A program made the translations under genes and the position numbers. From assembly GCA_028534125.1 (NCBI GenBank), contig CM052817.1, forward strand, positions 56,298,001 through 56,362,000: a stretch of DNA of 64,000 nt, in the 5' to 3' direction. The notes under the pieces were generated by a model. The model was not told the origin of the DNA, searched no databases, and worked only from the letters and a program-made list of their open reading frames with translations. Source of the DNA: Lama glama (lineage: Eukaryota). Every line of letters begins with the position of its first letter. Positions within the stretch are counted from its first letter, which is position 1. Shown one piece after another: positions 14,359 through 28,274 of the stretch.

Positions 14359-14720
14359 GAAAGAGTGAGAGACAGAATGGAATATTTCTCAGTCATAAAA
14401 AAGAATGAAATAATGCCATTTGCAGCAACATGGATGAACCTAAAGATTATCTTATTAAATGAAGTAAGACAAAAAGAGAAAGACAAATACCATATGATAT
14501 CACTTATATGTGGAATCTAAAATGTGGCACAAATGAACTTACTTACAAAACAGAAACAGATTCAGACATGGAAAACAAACTTATGGTTACCAAAGAGGGA
14601 AAGGCGTGGGGGAGGGATAAATTAGGAGTTTGGGATTAGCAGATACAAACTACTGTATACAAAATAGACAAACAAAAAGTCCTGCACATCATTATAAATC
14701 AGCTATACTTCAATAAAACG
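13367..14720 (+). mobile_element. 5'-truncated LINE-1 (ORF2 3' part + 3' UTR)
   Basis: Decayed ORF2 (IESPEINPH..., MFTAALFAIAKTWKQ...IMPFAATWMNL) and aataaa near the end. Exact 15-bp TSD tatttttgctgttgt (13352-13366 / 14721-14735). Confidence 0.96.
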
Positions 14721-15774
14721 TATTTTTGCTGTTGTTATTTCTGTTAATTCACAGTTAAGATGGATCTGGACAGATCAGCAATCCTGATTGATAATCACTG
14801 TAATTGTCTTCAGTTTATTTGCCAACAACTATGGAACAATTTATAAACATATCATTATCTAATTGTATATGCTGATATTCAATAAGTTATATAGATGATC
14901 ATGTTCAACAACCAAAATGCCCAAATCAATGTTTTTCCTATAATAACATGCAACTTAGCAAGTTATTAAGGAACCTGTATTTAATCATGTCTATCTTTCC
15001 ACACTCACATACACAAAGCCATATTCAAATTCAGAATAGCAGAAAGTAAAATATGGAAGTGATTTTCAGTTTTTAAATCTATCTGTATATCCTAGAAATG
15101 CTACAACTAGATCCATAACGTTTGTACACTTAATGCTTTGTTAACTCCTTTCTAACTGGCTTTGAAGGAGGAAAGAAACCTTCCAGTTTATAAAATTTAA
15201 AATTCTATAAACTATTAAATGTGTAAATATAACAGTAATGTAATATGATTTTGTATTTCCTTGGAGTCTACATAGAGAAACCACTATTTAAAACCATGTA
15301 AGGGGTAAAACTTCTTTCTATTGCTATGTAATCCAAATATTATTTTTTTGTCCTGATATAAATCCACTTAACTATTTTTTCCAGTTTTAATTCTAAATTA
15401 TAGAGAAATAGGCTGCTTGAAACATAGATTGCTATTACTGAAACGTGGTTTACAGGAAATGGTGATTAGAAAAATTATACTAATACACTTAAGTTTTCTG
15501 GGAGTAAGGTACTGTTTTTCCTATAATTACTGACATACTGAAAATAGATTCACTAATTTTGTTTCTCTGGCTTCTAAACAAGTTTGAACAATGAGAAATC
15601 AGCCTGAAATTTTACTTTAATTTTTTTATAATTTTGCTTTACTTAATAAAATATGGAAATGTTTCACTGATCTAAATAACAGACTTTTGGTAACCACAAC
15701 TCTCTGATAAAGCTACAAAATATAACTTTGTTTCAAAAGCCACTGACTATGACATGGATGTCAGAGATCATTGA

Positions 15775-16097
15775 CCCATGGGGCTATTTCTCCTCTTTCT
15801 TGGCACATGGTGAGTTCTCTGACTCCTTGAAGTTAATCATTACCAATTGAGCCAATGAAATGTGAGAAGAGTCACTTTTAGATAAGTCTTTGAGAGGCAG
15901 AACATAATTAAATCATATACTTCCACCCCTGCCGTGGAGATCTGAGTACCTGAGTGAGCAGGAGCAGAGATGTGCTCCCCCCACCACCATAACTCACAAT
16001 TAATATGTATCTGAGCAAGAAATAATGTTTTACTTTAATTCATTTATGTTTGTGGATGTTTGCCTCACTGCAACTGAGCCTAGCTCAATTTATACAG
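15775..16097 (+). mobile_element. MaLR MLT1-type LTR (old)
   Basis: 'gactccttgaagtt...gagccaatgaaatgtgagaagagtcactttt...tgagcaagaaataa...cctagctcaatttataca'. Confidence 0.7.
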
Positions 16098-18491
16098 AGC
16101 CCCAAACATCTACCATAACATCCATAAGGGTATTAAACTAGATTACAAAGCTGACAAACACAACTTCGCTGAAACTTCTTCTATATTGGTGTCCTTGGTA
16201 GACATGTGAATTCATTGTGACACTCAATCTAAACCCATAGATGACAGAATCTACTCAAGTCAGCGTTCAAGGCTGCGGTCATAAATGCTGGCTTACAGGT
16301 GAAATTTAGTCTTGATTTGATATTTTTCTTTAAAGTCTAATTAATCAGATATTATAAGAAGTAAAATTTTGATTGTATTTGTTTTCAATTCTCAACACAT
16401 TAAAAGATATAATGTATACATATATACATTTATATATAAACATAAATGTACACAAATGTATATAACATATACATTTATCAATAAATATAAAAATACAAAT
16501 TTATATATATACACATGTGTTTATTTCCTTGAACTCTCTTTTCAGAAGCACAGAAAAGATTCAATCAAGGTATTATTCTCCTTTCCGTAGTCTAAGCTTT
16601 GCTAAATTAACATGTTTTTATGGTGGTCTTTTGGGATGTACATGGTTAACAGTATTATTGACAGTATTTTTTAAATGTATGGAACCACATTAAAATGTCT
16701 CCATATGATGTGTAAAATGTATGCTTTATTTTCATGAATTTAGAAATACTATAGGAATTTTGTAGAAAACTCCAATTGTTCTTGTCCCAACAGAGCAAAT
16801 TTTTTTACAAATTAAAATTAATAAAAATCTATCTAAGATTTGACAATGATTGTAAAAACATTATTAGCAATTTTGTTGAACTAAGACAAAAAACATTTCA
16901 TAGAATAAATGTTTTTGTTAAAAATGTATCTTTAATACTCATTTAAACATTACTGAAATATTAACAGAACTCCCTAGATCCATGCAGTTATAACCATCTT
17001 CACTAATCTTTATTGTTCTGTCCACTCTTAATCATATAAAATTATAAATTATACATATTTTTCAGTTTTGTTATTATGGATGTTTACTGCATAAAGGATT
17101 GAACATACTTTATTTAGCAGTTTGGAACTTCCATTTGTACTCTTGCCCTTTTCCCCTCAAAAAAATATATGTATTTGTTGTGGTCCTTTTAGTGAAAATG
17201 AGCCAATTTTCCGTAATCAGAAAATTTTTGCTTATCTGAAACATCATACACCCCAGTAATGGCAAATTATTGAAGTGCTTTTGAGTTCTTTCTGCATTGA
17301 TGCTCCTTTTTTTTTTTCAGAGCTATCATCTATCTGAGTGAAGTATGGTACATTTGACAGAGTAATTATGAATAGTTTTTAGTCAGCTCTAGACATTAAA
17401 GCTTGAAGTAGAGAGGATCACACTGGTGCTGGGGCAGAAGTGTATGTGCATACAATCCACATGGGCAGAACAGTGACTCTGTCTAAAATGTTATTGTTTA
17501 ACTTTTGAAAATGTATGTTTGTATATTTAACTTAACCATGTTGACATGGATTTTGAAACAAATAAGAATCTGTTTATGTCAATTATGTTTTACTCTCTAC
17601 CTAAAAATAATAGGGGCTATCAGAAACTACTACTACATGCTTACACTGAATAAGAACTCTTTGAGATGGAAGACTTGTCTACTTTTATTCATCAAAATCT
17701 TCTCCAAGCCAGTATTTTTGCTTCCTTCTCATCTTTTTGCTGTTTATTTTTATATAAATGCACAACCAAAAATAAGGGCTCAATGATAATTATTCTTAAA
17801 CCAAAATCATTGGTTTTGATAGGTAGTCTACTAAAATCAACAGGTTTCTATCAAATTACTTCATATAGTAAGTCAGTTCATTCAGCTACTTAGAGGAACA
17901 GTTTGCTCATAATTAATCCTGGCAGGTGCACTAAGAAACCAAGTTGCTTAAAATCAGATAATCCATGAGAGGTATATTGATTTTTTTCCCCAGTGTTGTA
18001 AAGACTATTGAAAATTTCTAAGCCCAGCATTTCACTGTCCACGTTTTTGGTGTAACACCTCTGATTATTCAACCGAGAACCTGCTTATGAAGTAGAACAG
18101 GAGTAGAACCATTTCACAAAAAAGGAGAGAGTATGTCTGTAATCCTGCATGACCTAATGCTGATATAACGCTTGGGAGAAAGCATGCTATAACTATTTAT
18201 TTTAATTTATTATTTAGTAAATTGATATTTAAATATTAATTACATAAATGAATATAACCCACTTTTACCTAATTGTTTTAATGATCTTTAATTTCAGTAA
18301 GAGTTAGTGAAGTTCCTAAACTGGTAAGATCTTATTTTGAAAGCAAAATATGCTACATTCAACCAGTGTGTAAGAATAAAAGCAATACTAAAAACCAGTT
18401 TTTCAGAAGTCCAACCATGCCCTGCTCTCCAGTTCCTGTCCCAAATCTAGATGAGACATATGGAATTTAGGGACAACTTAAAAAAAGAAAT

Positions 18492-18992
18492 ATGAATTAG
18501 TTATATATTGCTGGGTAACAAAACTTAGCAGCTTAAAACAACACTGATATTTGTGGGTCTGAAATTTGGCAGTAGCTTAGTTGGATGGTTCAGTCTCAGA
18601 CTCTAACGAGGTTGTTGTCAAGATGTTGGCCTCCACTGCAGTCATCTGAAAGCTTATTTTAGGCTAAAAATTTCGCTTCCAAGGGTTATTGGCACAAGTC
18701 TCCAGTTCCTTGCCACGTGGATCTCTCCACAGGGATGCTTGAGTGTAGTTATGACATGACAGCTTGTTTCCACCAGAACAAAACTTCCAAGAGAAAGACA
18801 GCATAGAATAAGTCACATTGCATTTTGCATCCCATTCTCAGAAGCCACATTTGTGGTTCATTTCTGCTATGTTTTATTGATCAATACAGACCAAACCTGA
18901 TACAATGTGAGAGGAGACTACTACACAATGTATTGAATACCAGAAGTATTTTGTTATTACTGAGAGTTATCTTGGAAGTGGGCTAAAACAAC
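18492..18992 (-). mobile_element. MaLR MLT1-type LTR
   Basis: 'attagttatatattgctgggtaacaaaacttagcagcttaaaaca...gatctctccacagggatgcttgagtg'. Confidence 0.85.
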
Positions 18993-19764
18993 ACTCAGTA
19001 TGTAATATCTCCTCCCATGGATTTTATAAATCTTATTCTAAGATCAAAATGAATAATTAGAACTCATTATTAGAATGAATACTTGGATCAAATTAGGTTA
19101 TCACTTACAAAACTGTCTTCACTGATTTATCTATAATTGTGACCATCATTTATGTTTGGCTTTTGACTTTTATCTACATTTGCAAAAATTACTATAACTG
19201 TAAAGTTCATTGTCACATTTTTGAAGACATTATCCATTTTACCTATGAAATATATTTCCAAGTCAGAAATGTACTGTGTAATATAGCACTAAGAAATTTT
19301 TTATTTCTCTGAGGACTTTCTGAAGAACACTAGGTAATTTTTCATGTTTATCTCATTTTTTCTCTTGCTGCCTAGAAGTTTAGAAACAAATGTGAACATC
19401 AGTTCCTTTGATTAGGTTAACACATCCTTTGAATGCTTATTGTTTCCTTTTCTTTTTCTCAATCTCAGATATTTGTTTTTATACTATTTGTTTTAATATG
19501 ATTTTGAAATAGAGTAAGCATATACCACATGCTCTGTATGGAATTGATTACAGATATATTTGTCGTAGAAAACTGAGAAAGAACAGAAAAGTAGAAAGTA
19601 GAAAGAAAATAATACCACTCTTTGTTCTAACTAGAGTGAAAAACTATTACAATTGTATGGTGTAATCACTGCTTCTTTTATGATAATAATCATTTCATCG
19701 ACTCATTTTTGTTGTTGTTGTTACTATTCACCTAAAATATCTTGTAAACACTCTGGTTTCAATT

Positions 19765-20930
19765 AGGAAAAGTAAAAAGCTTGGACCTCATCATCCTCAT
19801 TCTTACGAGAAGCTGGGCAAACTGAAAAATAACAACTTTTCTTGGACCCAGTAGAGAAAAGAGGTTGCAGAGGAAGCTACCATCCTGAAATCTGGAGAGA
19901 CGGATAACCTCCAGGGAAACACGAGGTGTGAGTAATTGCTTATCTTGAGAGAAGTAGCTAAAAGTCATACAAGCCAGTAGGAACATTAAACTACAAATTT
20001 TGATTAGTTGCTGGAGGACAAGTATGAGCTAAGGTGAGAGTAAAAGCCTCTGGGGGCTGTATTCACAGGGCAGGGGGCACAGTTCTGCGGATTTTCCCCT
20101 AGGAACTTCACGAGGCTCGCACAGGGAAGACTGTGAAGACTGTGGAGAAAGCCTCCCGTGTCTCCTGCCAAGAGCTCCGGCGAGGGAAAGGGATGCGTGT
20201 CACCCTGAAATCCACCAGACCAACCACTCTCTCCCTTACAGGCCAATCACTTAATCCCCGAAGTTTACACATCACCAGAGATCACCAGTGTCGTTCTATC
20301 TCAAATGTAGAAAAAGAACTCTGCTCTGCCGATTTCCAGCACTGTCTCATCTAGAGGGAAAACGCCCTAATATGAAGAGAGGGCTTCAGGGACACAGACT
20401 GGAGAAACGGGAGCATACCCACTGCAGCCTGGGAATAAGTTAAGGCGTAGGGAGAAAAAGGCTGAGCCTTGAAGGAGGGACAGAAAACTTGTGAAGGCCA
20501 CTCTCCCAAGACTGAAGATTGAGCTATAACTCATGACTAGAGAACACCCCTCCTTCATATCTTACCACCATATTAATAAAGTCCAGTCACAATAACAGAG
20601 GATTACAGAGAAGAGCTTTTTAGAAACTAGGAAAAGCAGTACATAGAGAAGCCTCAAGGCCAAGAAGGGAAAAATAAGTAAGTTTGGGAGAGAAATTTTA
20701 AGCCATTCATCCACCTAACTACCACAGACATCAACTATGTCTCAGCCAGATAAGCATAATTCCTCACACTAAAGTTCTACTAGCCTCATAATCCACAATG
20801 CATCTAGTTTCTAATGAAAGAAATATCCAAGGCACACTGAAAGGCAATTCAAAAAAAAAAAAAAAAACCAAAGAGACAAAGAATTCACTGAACCAGACTC
20901 AGATATGACACACATTGGAGTTACCAGAGT
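19765..20930 (+). mobile_element. Old L1M 5' region (5' UTR to ORF1 start)
   Basis: Starts 'aaaagcttggacctcatcatcctcattc...gggcaaactgaaaa' and ends 'gaaccagactcagatatgacacacattggagttaccaga', recalled as L1MC/MD 5' motifs. GC-richer than its flanks. Confidence 0.65.
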
Positions 20931-21536
20931 ATAAAATCCTTTTATTAAAAGATGAAAAAATTGATGATACATCTAACTATGTGTCTATTTACCTGAGAAA
21001 AATATATCTATATCTTCACTTATTCCTATATCTATGTTCAATATGTAAGTGGGCAAAAAGTTCACTCTAGATAAAGAGTAAAAGTGGCCTATTGTATCCT
21101 GGTTTAGTTTATATTCCTTCCAATATATTTTTGAAGGAAACATGAAGAAACTACACACTTTCTGTGACTATAAAGCAAGCTCATATTAAGAAGATTGCTT
21201 GATATCTTTCAGAATTTTATCTTCAAAACAACAACAATTCTAGAGAGAATAGCTCATATTCTCAATGTAATATTTACATTGTATATAAATTATTTGGAGT
21301 TACAAAAGCATTGGTAATCATGTTTGTGTGAACTATAATATGAATATTCATGTTTTATAAAAAGAAAATAACATTTTTATAATATTAGTGTATATGCCTC
21401 TAAAATATATATATATAAAATGTATACATTTCTATGTATATACTTATCCTGTATATAACGTAACTTTATACAAAGCAGGCTGGGAGATATAGGAACAACT
21501 ACTGCTTTACAGTTTAAAATTTCCTCTAGCAACCTT

Positions 21537-21981
21537 TCTAAGATATTTTTATTGAAGCATAGTCAGTTTACAATGTTTTGTCAATTTCTGATGTACAGCA
21601 TAATGCTTCAGTCATACATGAACATACATACATATATTCATTTTCATCTTCACCATTAGTTAGTACAAGATATCAAATATACTTTTCTGTACTATAGAGC
21701 ATGAACTTGTTGTTCATCTATTTTATATACAACTGTTAGTATCTGCAAATCTCAAACTCCCAATTTATCCCTTCCTACCCCTACCCCGGCTTGTAACCAT
21801 AGTTTGTTTTCTATGTCTGTGAGTTTGTTTCTGTTTTGTAAATAAGTTCATTAGACTTTTTTAAAAATTCCAGATATAAGTGATATCATATGTTATTTTT
21901 CTTTCTCTTTCTGGCTTACTTAACTTAGAAAATTAATCTTTGACAAAAGAAACAGGAACATACAATGGAGTAAAGACAGTC
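21537..21981 (-). mobile_element. Short 5'-inverted LINE-1
   Basis: 21545-21930 is antisense L1 3' UTR/ORF2 end. 21931-21981 is a sense ORF2 piece aligning to 13406-13458. TSD tcctctagcaa(c/t)ctt at 21522-21536 / 21982-21996; minus-strand nick site tt/aaga. Confidence 0.9.
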
Positions 21982-23884
21982 TCCTCTAGCAATCTTAATT
22001 GTCATGATCAATTGGGAGTTGAATCCATGTAAATAGCCTCCAGGATACGTAAGTTGCTTTCATGAGATCCCAGGGGAACCACTACTTACATACAATCAAA
22101 TATGTTTTCTACAACAGTGGAAAAACACCTCGGCAGTCAACCTAAAAATAAATATGATGAATTCTCAACATTAATTTAACTTTCCTCTTTGATATTATGG
22201 GGGTAATCATACTACCAAAGCTCATACATAGAGTTTTTTTGTTCATTTATTTAATTAATTCATTATTCACATGTACAGTGTTCCTCAAGTTGAGCAGTGA
22301 CAAGCAGTATCTTAGATGCTTTGGATACTTCAGTGAACAAGCTCCCGCCATCTTCAACACAGTATAAGTGTTCCATTGGGTATGTGTGATAATTTTCCAA
22401 GAGATACTCAGGCACACACAGCTTAAAGGCATTGATTTTGGGATATCCACTTTTGCCTCTTCTCTCATCTAAAACTAATTCTCCTGAGAAAACATCTGTG
22501 ATTTTTGTCTTTTCCTATTTCTCCCCCACAAATTTCCATCTCCCACATCCTAAAAGGAGGATATATTTCTTACACATTCCTTAATATTAACAGAGTGCTT
22601 TGCCCGAGGGTATAAAACCCCCAGGATGCAAAAAAAATAACAATTGAAATATTGGTATCAGTAGTGAGAAAGTGAATGACTTTAATGAATAAGTAACAAA
22701 CCATTTTGTAAAGCAGCAAGTTTCCAACTCTTTGCTTACAAGAAAATTGAAGGAGAACACCACATTTTCAGCTAATAAACCATTAAAAATAATTTTTAGT
22801 GATAGAACAGTGTGTAATTTTTCACATATAATTCATACGGTGACCAAAATATATAAGAAAATTCCTTCAAATTCCAACTACTTTTTTCATGTACATAAAA
22901 CTTCTAAGGACTCAAATCTATACATTTAAAACAAAATATAGTAAAATAATTAATAGTGAAATCTTTACCATTCTAGTATGATATATGAACTAAGTGAAGT
23001 AAAAATCAATCCTTTAAAATACATTCCAAAGTAATAATTTCATTCATTATAATTGCTCTTTAAATTAACTATTAATTTAAGTTTTATAACATAATAATTA
23101 CTAAATTAATATATAGTAAATATGGTAGTAATATCAACTATATACTGATAATAGTTATAAATTTAACTCTGTCTCAAACAGTAAATTTTAACATGGAGAG
23201 GACTATAATAGGAAAAAATGTATTGGAGAAAATGTATAACACAGAAACATGTAATGTATTACATTATGGTAAAATTCTTTGGGTGAAATAGTATGGAAAA
23301 ATAGATCAAAGAGAATATAATCTCAAATTAAAACTAAATACATAAAATATATAAAAAGATGATACATATAATTTTCTTTAAAATGTCAATATTTAGAATA
23401 AGATGGAAATTACATCCTTTGACATCATTGAAAACATAATAAATATGTTAGATATCTATTTATAAATGTAAAGGAGGTATATACATTTATAAATTATTTT
23501 AGTGACAACATAATGAAAAGTTTGAAAACCACTAAATTAAACAATTGCCTTTAAAGTGGTTACCTACAAAGGGAAATGAGATTTTTTGGGACAATACTGA
23601 GAACTGACGTGGTTGTAGATTGCCTAGCACAGTGTAAGTAAACAGTATATTTTCTCTCTTACCTATTATTGATATTTAAATATAAATCATTAAAATTTGA
23701 GACATTTTAGATTTCTATAGTAGAGAATAATTCTACAGCAATGTGATTTATATCTATTAGGTAGTGCCTATATGATTCCATTGAATTAGATTTATACAGT
23801 TTTTAAAATTTTCTTTTCAAACAGTTCTTTCAATATTGAGAAAGAACTGTAATTAACAGAATTCAAAATTGATACTTTACATGG

Positions 23885-24323
23885 TGTGTTAGTAAGAGTT
23901 CTCCAAACAGAACCAATTGGATGCATATATAGAAAGAAACAGATTTATTTTACACAATTGTTTCATGTGATTGTGAAGGCAAAATGAGTCCAAAATATGA
24001 TGGCAGCAGTGTGTTTAACAGGCTGAAGACAGGCAGTCTGCTGGAGAACCAGGAGGAGTTGATGTTGCAAATGAAGTTCAAAGGGAGTTTCCTGGCGGAA
24101 TTCTCTCTAGCTCAGAAGGAAATTAGCCTTTTCTTATATTGTCTTTCAACTGATTGGATGAGATCCATTCACATTATAGAAGGTAATATGCTTTACTCAA
24201 AATCCACTGATATAAATGTAAACATTATTCAAAAACACCCTAACAGGAGCATTCAGAGTAATAGTTGACCATATATTTGAGTGCTCTGGCTCAGGCACAT
24301 TCACCATAAAATTAATCATCAGC
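23885..24323 (-). mobile_element. ERVL MLT2-type LTR
   Basis: 'tgtgttagtaagagttctccaaacagaaccaat...ccataaaattaatcatca'. Possible 5-bp TSD catgg/catgt. Confidence 0.88.
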
Positions 24324-24941
24324 CATGTCTGTATTAGATTATTCCCAGAACAATTACCTAAGGTAGATATAATAATATTCATTGTACGCATAAGGAAACT
24401 AAGCTATAAAACTTGAGAGACTTTCCCAATGTCAAATAAGACCCAAATGTCTTTGAATGTAAAGACTTTTCTCTCCACAGTGGGAGAAAAATTTGAGATT
24501 AAAATAAATCATATTCAATAATGAACATGAACAACTGAATTGTTTGTGGATTAAAAAGTGTAAAATTCAAAGAAAAAAGAAGTCTTCCTGATTATGTAAA
24601 GAAATCCATTTTAATTTGTTGCTTGTTTATTACTTTATATTTTATGCTAAGAAAGAATTGTGTAGCCAGTTTATTCCTTCCCGTGTTTGATATGCTTGCA
24701 TGACATCTCCAGCAAATAACTAAAATCTTAGGGATCATATGGCTTTGGTGAATGAATGCCAGGACAGATCATTCCATCCCTATCCATTTCTCACTGTCAC
24801 AAAATGGCTCTTTTTAATTAGCCAAAACTTTTGTTTTCTAGTCTTAGTTCTTTTCATGATGATATAAACAGCTGAGTATTCCTTTTACTTAAAAATTAGA
24901 TGGCTAATATTTTCTTTTCTAGGTTAGAAAGCCTGACTTTT

Positions 24942-25220
24942 TTAAAACGCCTTTATTATGGTATGGTTCCTGTACAGTAAGCTACACGTATTTCAGATGA
25001 ACAATTTGATGAGTTTTGGTGGATGTATACACCCATGAAACCGCCACCACCACAATCAAGACAGTGAACATTTCCATCACTCCCCAAGAGGTGCAAATTT
25101 CATACTGCTGACTTACCCCTTCTCACCCCCATTACCTGCTGGTAGCCATAAGTTTGTTCTCTACGTTCGTGAGTCTGTTTCTGTTTTGTAGATAAATTCA
25201 TCCATGTCCTTTTTTTCAGA
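24942..25220 (-). mobile_element. Chimeric L1-derived retroposon with TSD
   Basis: 25092-25220 aligns to the young L1 3' UTR at 21744-21865. 24945-25090 resembles an old L1ME-type 3' end. Flanked by agcctgactttt (24930-24941 / 25222-25233). Confidence 0.75.
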
Positions 25221-25400
25221 CAGCCTGACTTTTGACAACTGTTTCAATGATATGGTTGGAAGGCCACTTATCCTTATTCCTGCTTCACCACTCCACTCAC
25301 AAAGTGTCCTAATTTCAAGTGGTTTGGTTACAGCTGACACAAATTCTGCTGCAAAATTTACTGTCAGCAATTCTACATGTTAGAATTCTATATGATTACA

Positions 25401-25777
25401 TATATTAGTCTGCTTGCTTGTGCTGCTGTAACAAAATACCACAGACTGAGTGGCTTAAATAACGAACATTTATTTCCCGCAGTTCTGAAAGCCAGGAAGT
25501 CCCTGTTCAGATGCCAGCCAGTTCTGTTGCTGCTGAGGGCCTTCTTCCTGGCTTGCAGACTGCCACCTTCTGGCTATGTCCTCACAAGGAAAAGAAAGAG
25601 TGATCTCTCTTTTTCTTACTCTTCTTAGAAAGTCACTAATAGAATCATGAAGCCACACCCTCATGACCTTATCTAACCCTAATTACCTCCCAGTGGCCCT
25701 CATCGCCAAATACCACCACATTGGAGGTTAGAGCTTTAATATATGAATTTTGAGGGGATGCAATTTAGTCCATAACA
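25401..25777 (-). mobile_element. MaLR MLT1A-like LTR
   Basis: 'tatattagtctgc...gctgtaacaaaataccacagactgagtggctta...caatttagtccataaca'. Confidence 0.9.
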
Positions 25778-26149
25778 ACCTGTAAATTTATAGTGTCTGA
25801 AGACTAAACAAAAAGTAAATAGCAAAGTCAAAAAAAAAAGTATGTTCTCTAGATTATTATAAACTTTGGATAAGCCAGTTAAAGACTTTGAAAAACATAC
25901 ATATTATCCAATTGTGATTGCCCCAGTGTAGCTTTATCTATCCAGCTCAGATAGAAGACATTGGTTAAATATGGCTTTCTTTAATATAACCCAAACATTG
26001 TCCTATGTGTATGCAAAAGAGAAAATAAATGTCTTATTCCAAGACAAAAATGATTAATAAACTACATACTGTGAATATGGTTTTCTAGAAGCTTATGGCT
26101 AAAATTCTGGAGATTTTTTTTGAAATAGTGATGCAGCCTGTATGGATGC

Positions 26150-26151
26150 CA

Positions 26152-26186
<35 letters not shown>

Positions 26187-26222
26187 TATTATTATTATTA
26201 TCTTTATCATTATTGTTATCAT
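26150..26222. repeat. (ATC)n(ATT)n trinucleotide microsatellite
   Basis: Read directly from sequence; explains the poly-D/N in ORF 26062..26304. Confidence 0.92.
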
Positions 26223-28274
26223 GGTTATATTTCTTTTTATAGTCATTTAACAAAAAAATAAGTTCAATAAATATTGATGAGTTCAGAAGATAACTAGAAA
26301 TCAAGTAGTTTATATAAAAAGAAAATACAAGTTTAAATATTCTAACTAAACCAGTAAAGGTTTATGTTTGCAGTTTTAGGAATATAAAATTTTTTCCATG
26401 TAATGTCTTATTTTAACACTCAAAACTACTCCAGAACTTTGGCAAGAGGACGATAGTGTGCTTATTTGAGAAATAAATTAGTTGAGATTTACACAAAGTG
26501 TCATAAGATTTTTTAATTCCACTTCTCAGAATTTCCATTTTAATAGGTGTTATTATGAAGAGGTTCTTTCTTATATTGGAAATAAATAACAGATGACTAT
26601 CTAAGATTCTTGAACTTTGATAGCTTAGGAAAATGAATGTTGTATTCAACTTTCTTGCCTATTTGAGGTCCGAGGGTCAAATTGCTACAAAAAAAAAAAA
26701 AAAAGCAGAGACCCATCTATCTGATAGCTAGTTTACACTCTCAATAAAGCAAATGAGCAAACTGGAGTGAAATGTTGCCTAGAATTCTTCAGAAAATATC
26801 CAAAATTCCTGTAAAAATAGAGGGCTATTGCAACTATTGCAACAGCTGTGGATTATGAAATTTAAGTATTGAAACTATCCTAAAGATTACACTGCCTTTA
26901 CTTAAACGAAACTTTATAAAATTCTTATAATAGTATTGTACTGCCACGGACATAGATATATGTACTTCAATCAAATGCAAATAAATAGTACTATTAAGTA
27001 TAATTATCCTTAGCATCTTGTTGTAAGACATATAATGGAAAACACTCATATTACAACATGTACTTATTGAATTAGTAAACTGCTTTTTATCCTGGAAGTG
27101 TGATTTGTATACCTTCTTGATGCTAGTGACATTTGTTCTTTTGTCCAATATTGAGAACATGTTATAAAAAAACTCAAAACTTTTTATATACACAAAACTC
27201 CAAGAATATTTTTTTCTGTTTTAGTTAGCTTTTGTGTGGCTTTTTTTGGTTTTTGGTTTTTTTACAGGAAACTTAATTATGCATGAAAAAAATAATAACT
27301 ACAAATATCAATAAATAAACTCTAGCCCACCAGCTCAGAGCAAAATCAAATTTAAAATATATTACTGTACAGGTCTACCTTAAGCCAGGGATTTAAATGA
27401 GTTAAAATATGTATAGCCCCTCAATCAAAATATGTAATTTACCAAAGCAGGATATACAGGTTAGGTGCAAAGAAAGTGACATTTATTTTTGTGAAATTTC
27501 TCATTCAAACCTATTACAATTAGTACTACTTGAGTTGTCTATTGCGTTGGTTATTTTTCAGATGAAGTTTTAATTTCTCTTAAAAAATTACGACTCTGGA
27601 CCTTTAAGGAATAATATTTTTAAAACTAGGTATCATTTTCAAGCACCTGCACTGAATGTTCTCTGAATTAATTCCACAAGCCAGCCACAATCATACCCTC
27701 TCTGTTAGTATCATGTATTATACTGTGTATGGCTCCTATTCTTAGGGCAATTTAGAGTTGTTATGTCCTGAATGAGTCACAGATGCTCTCTTGGTTTGAA
27801 TTTAACAAAGTGTGGTTCTCTATTTCATTTCAAAAGATTTAAAATTTTTTTTCTATTTTAATAAAAGGTCACAGCATCTTATAACTTAGAGAAATAAGAT
27901 AATATTGAAAGTGAAGTGAAGGGCAAAATGACATAAACTAGGGATAAAAAATCAAGCCACAGATGATATTCCAGTTCTCCAGAAAATTCCATCTAAGACA
28001 GTGGTAATCAAACATACCTATCCTGATTACATTACAAGCATGCAGAGTTATATCACCAATAGTTTGAAATACTCTCGTGAAATAGGTGAAGATGGAATCC
28101 CTCATCACAAAAGGAGATAACGAGGTTAGATTAAAAATGCCAGCATATCTTTGACTGTCATAAAATATAGGTACATTTCAGTATGTTCTCTAGAAATGAT
28201 GACTCATTGGTGTGCATGACTGTATTTTCTTTTCTAAAATAATGATATTCTAGTTTCATTAAAATCCTCATTTA

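Noticed and set aside
26062..26304. ORF with poly-Asp/Asn
   Set aside because: Translation of a trinucleotide microsatellite.
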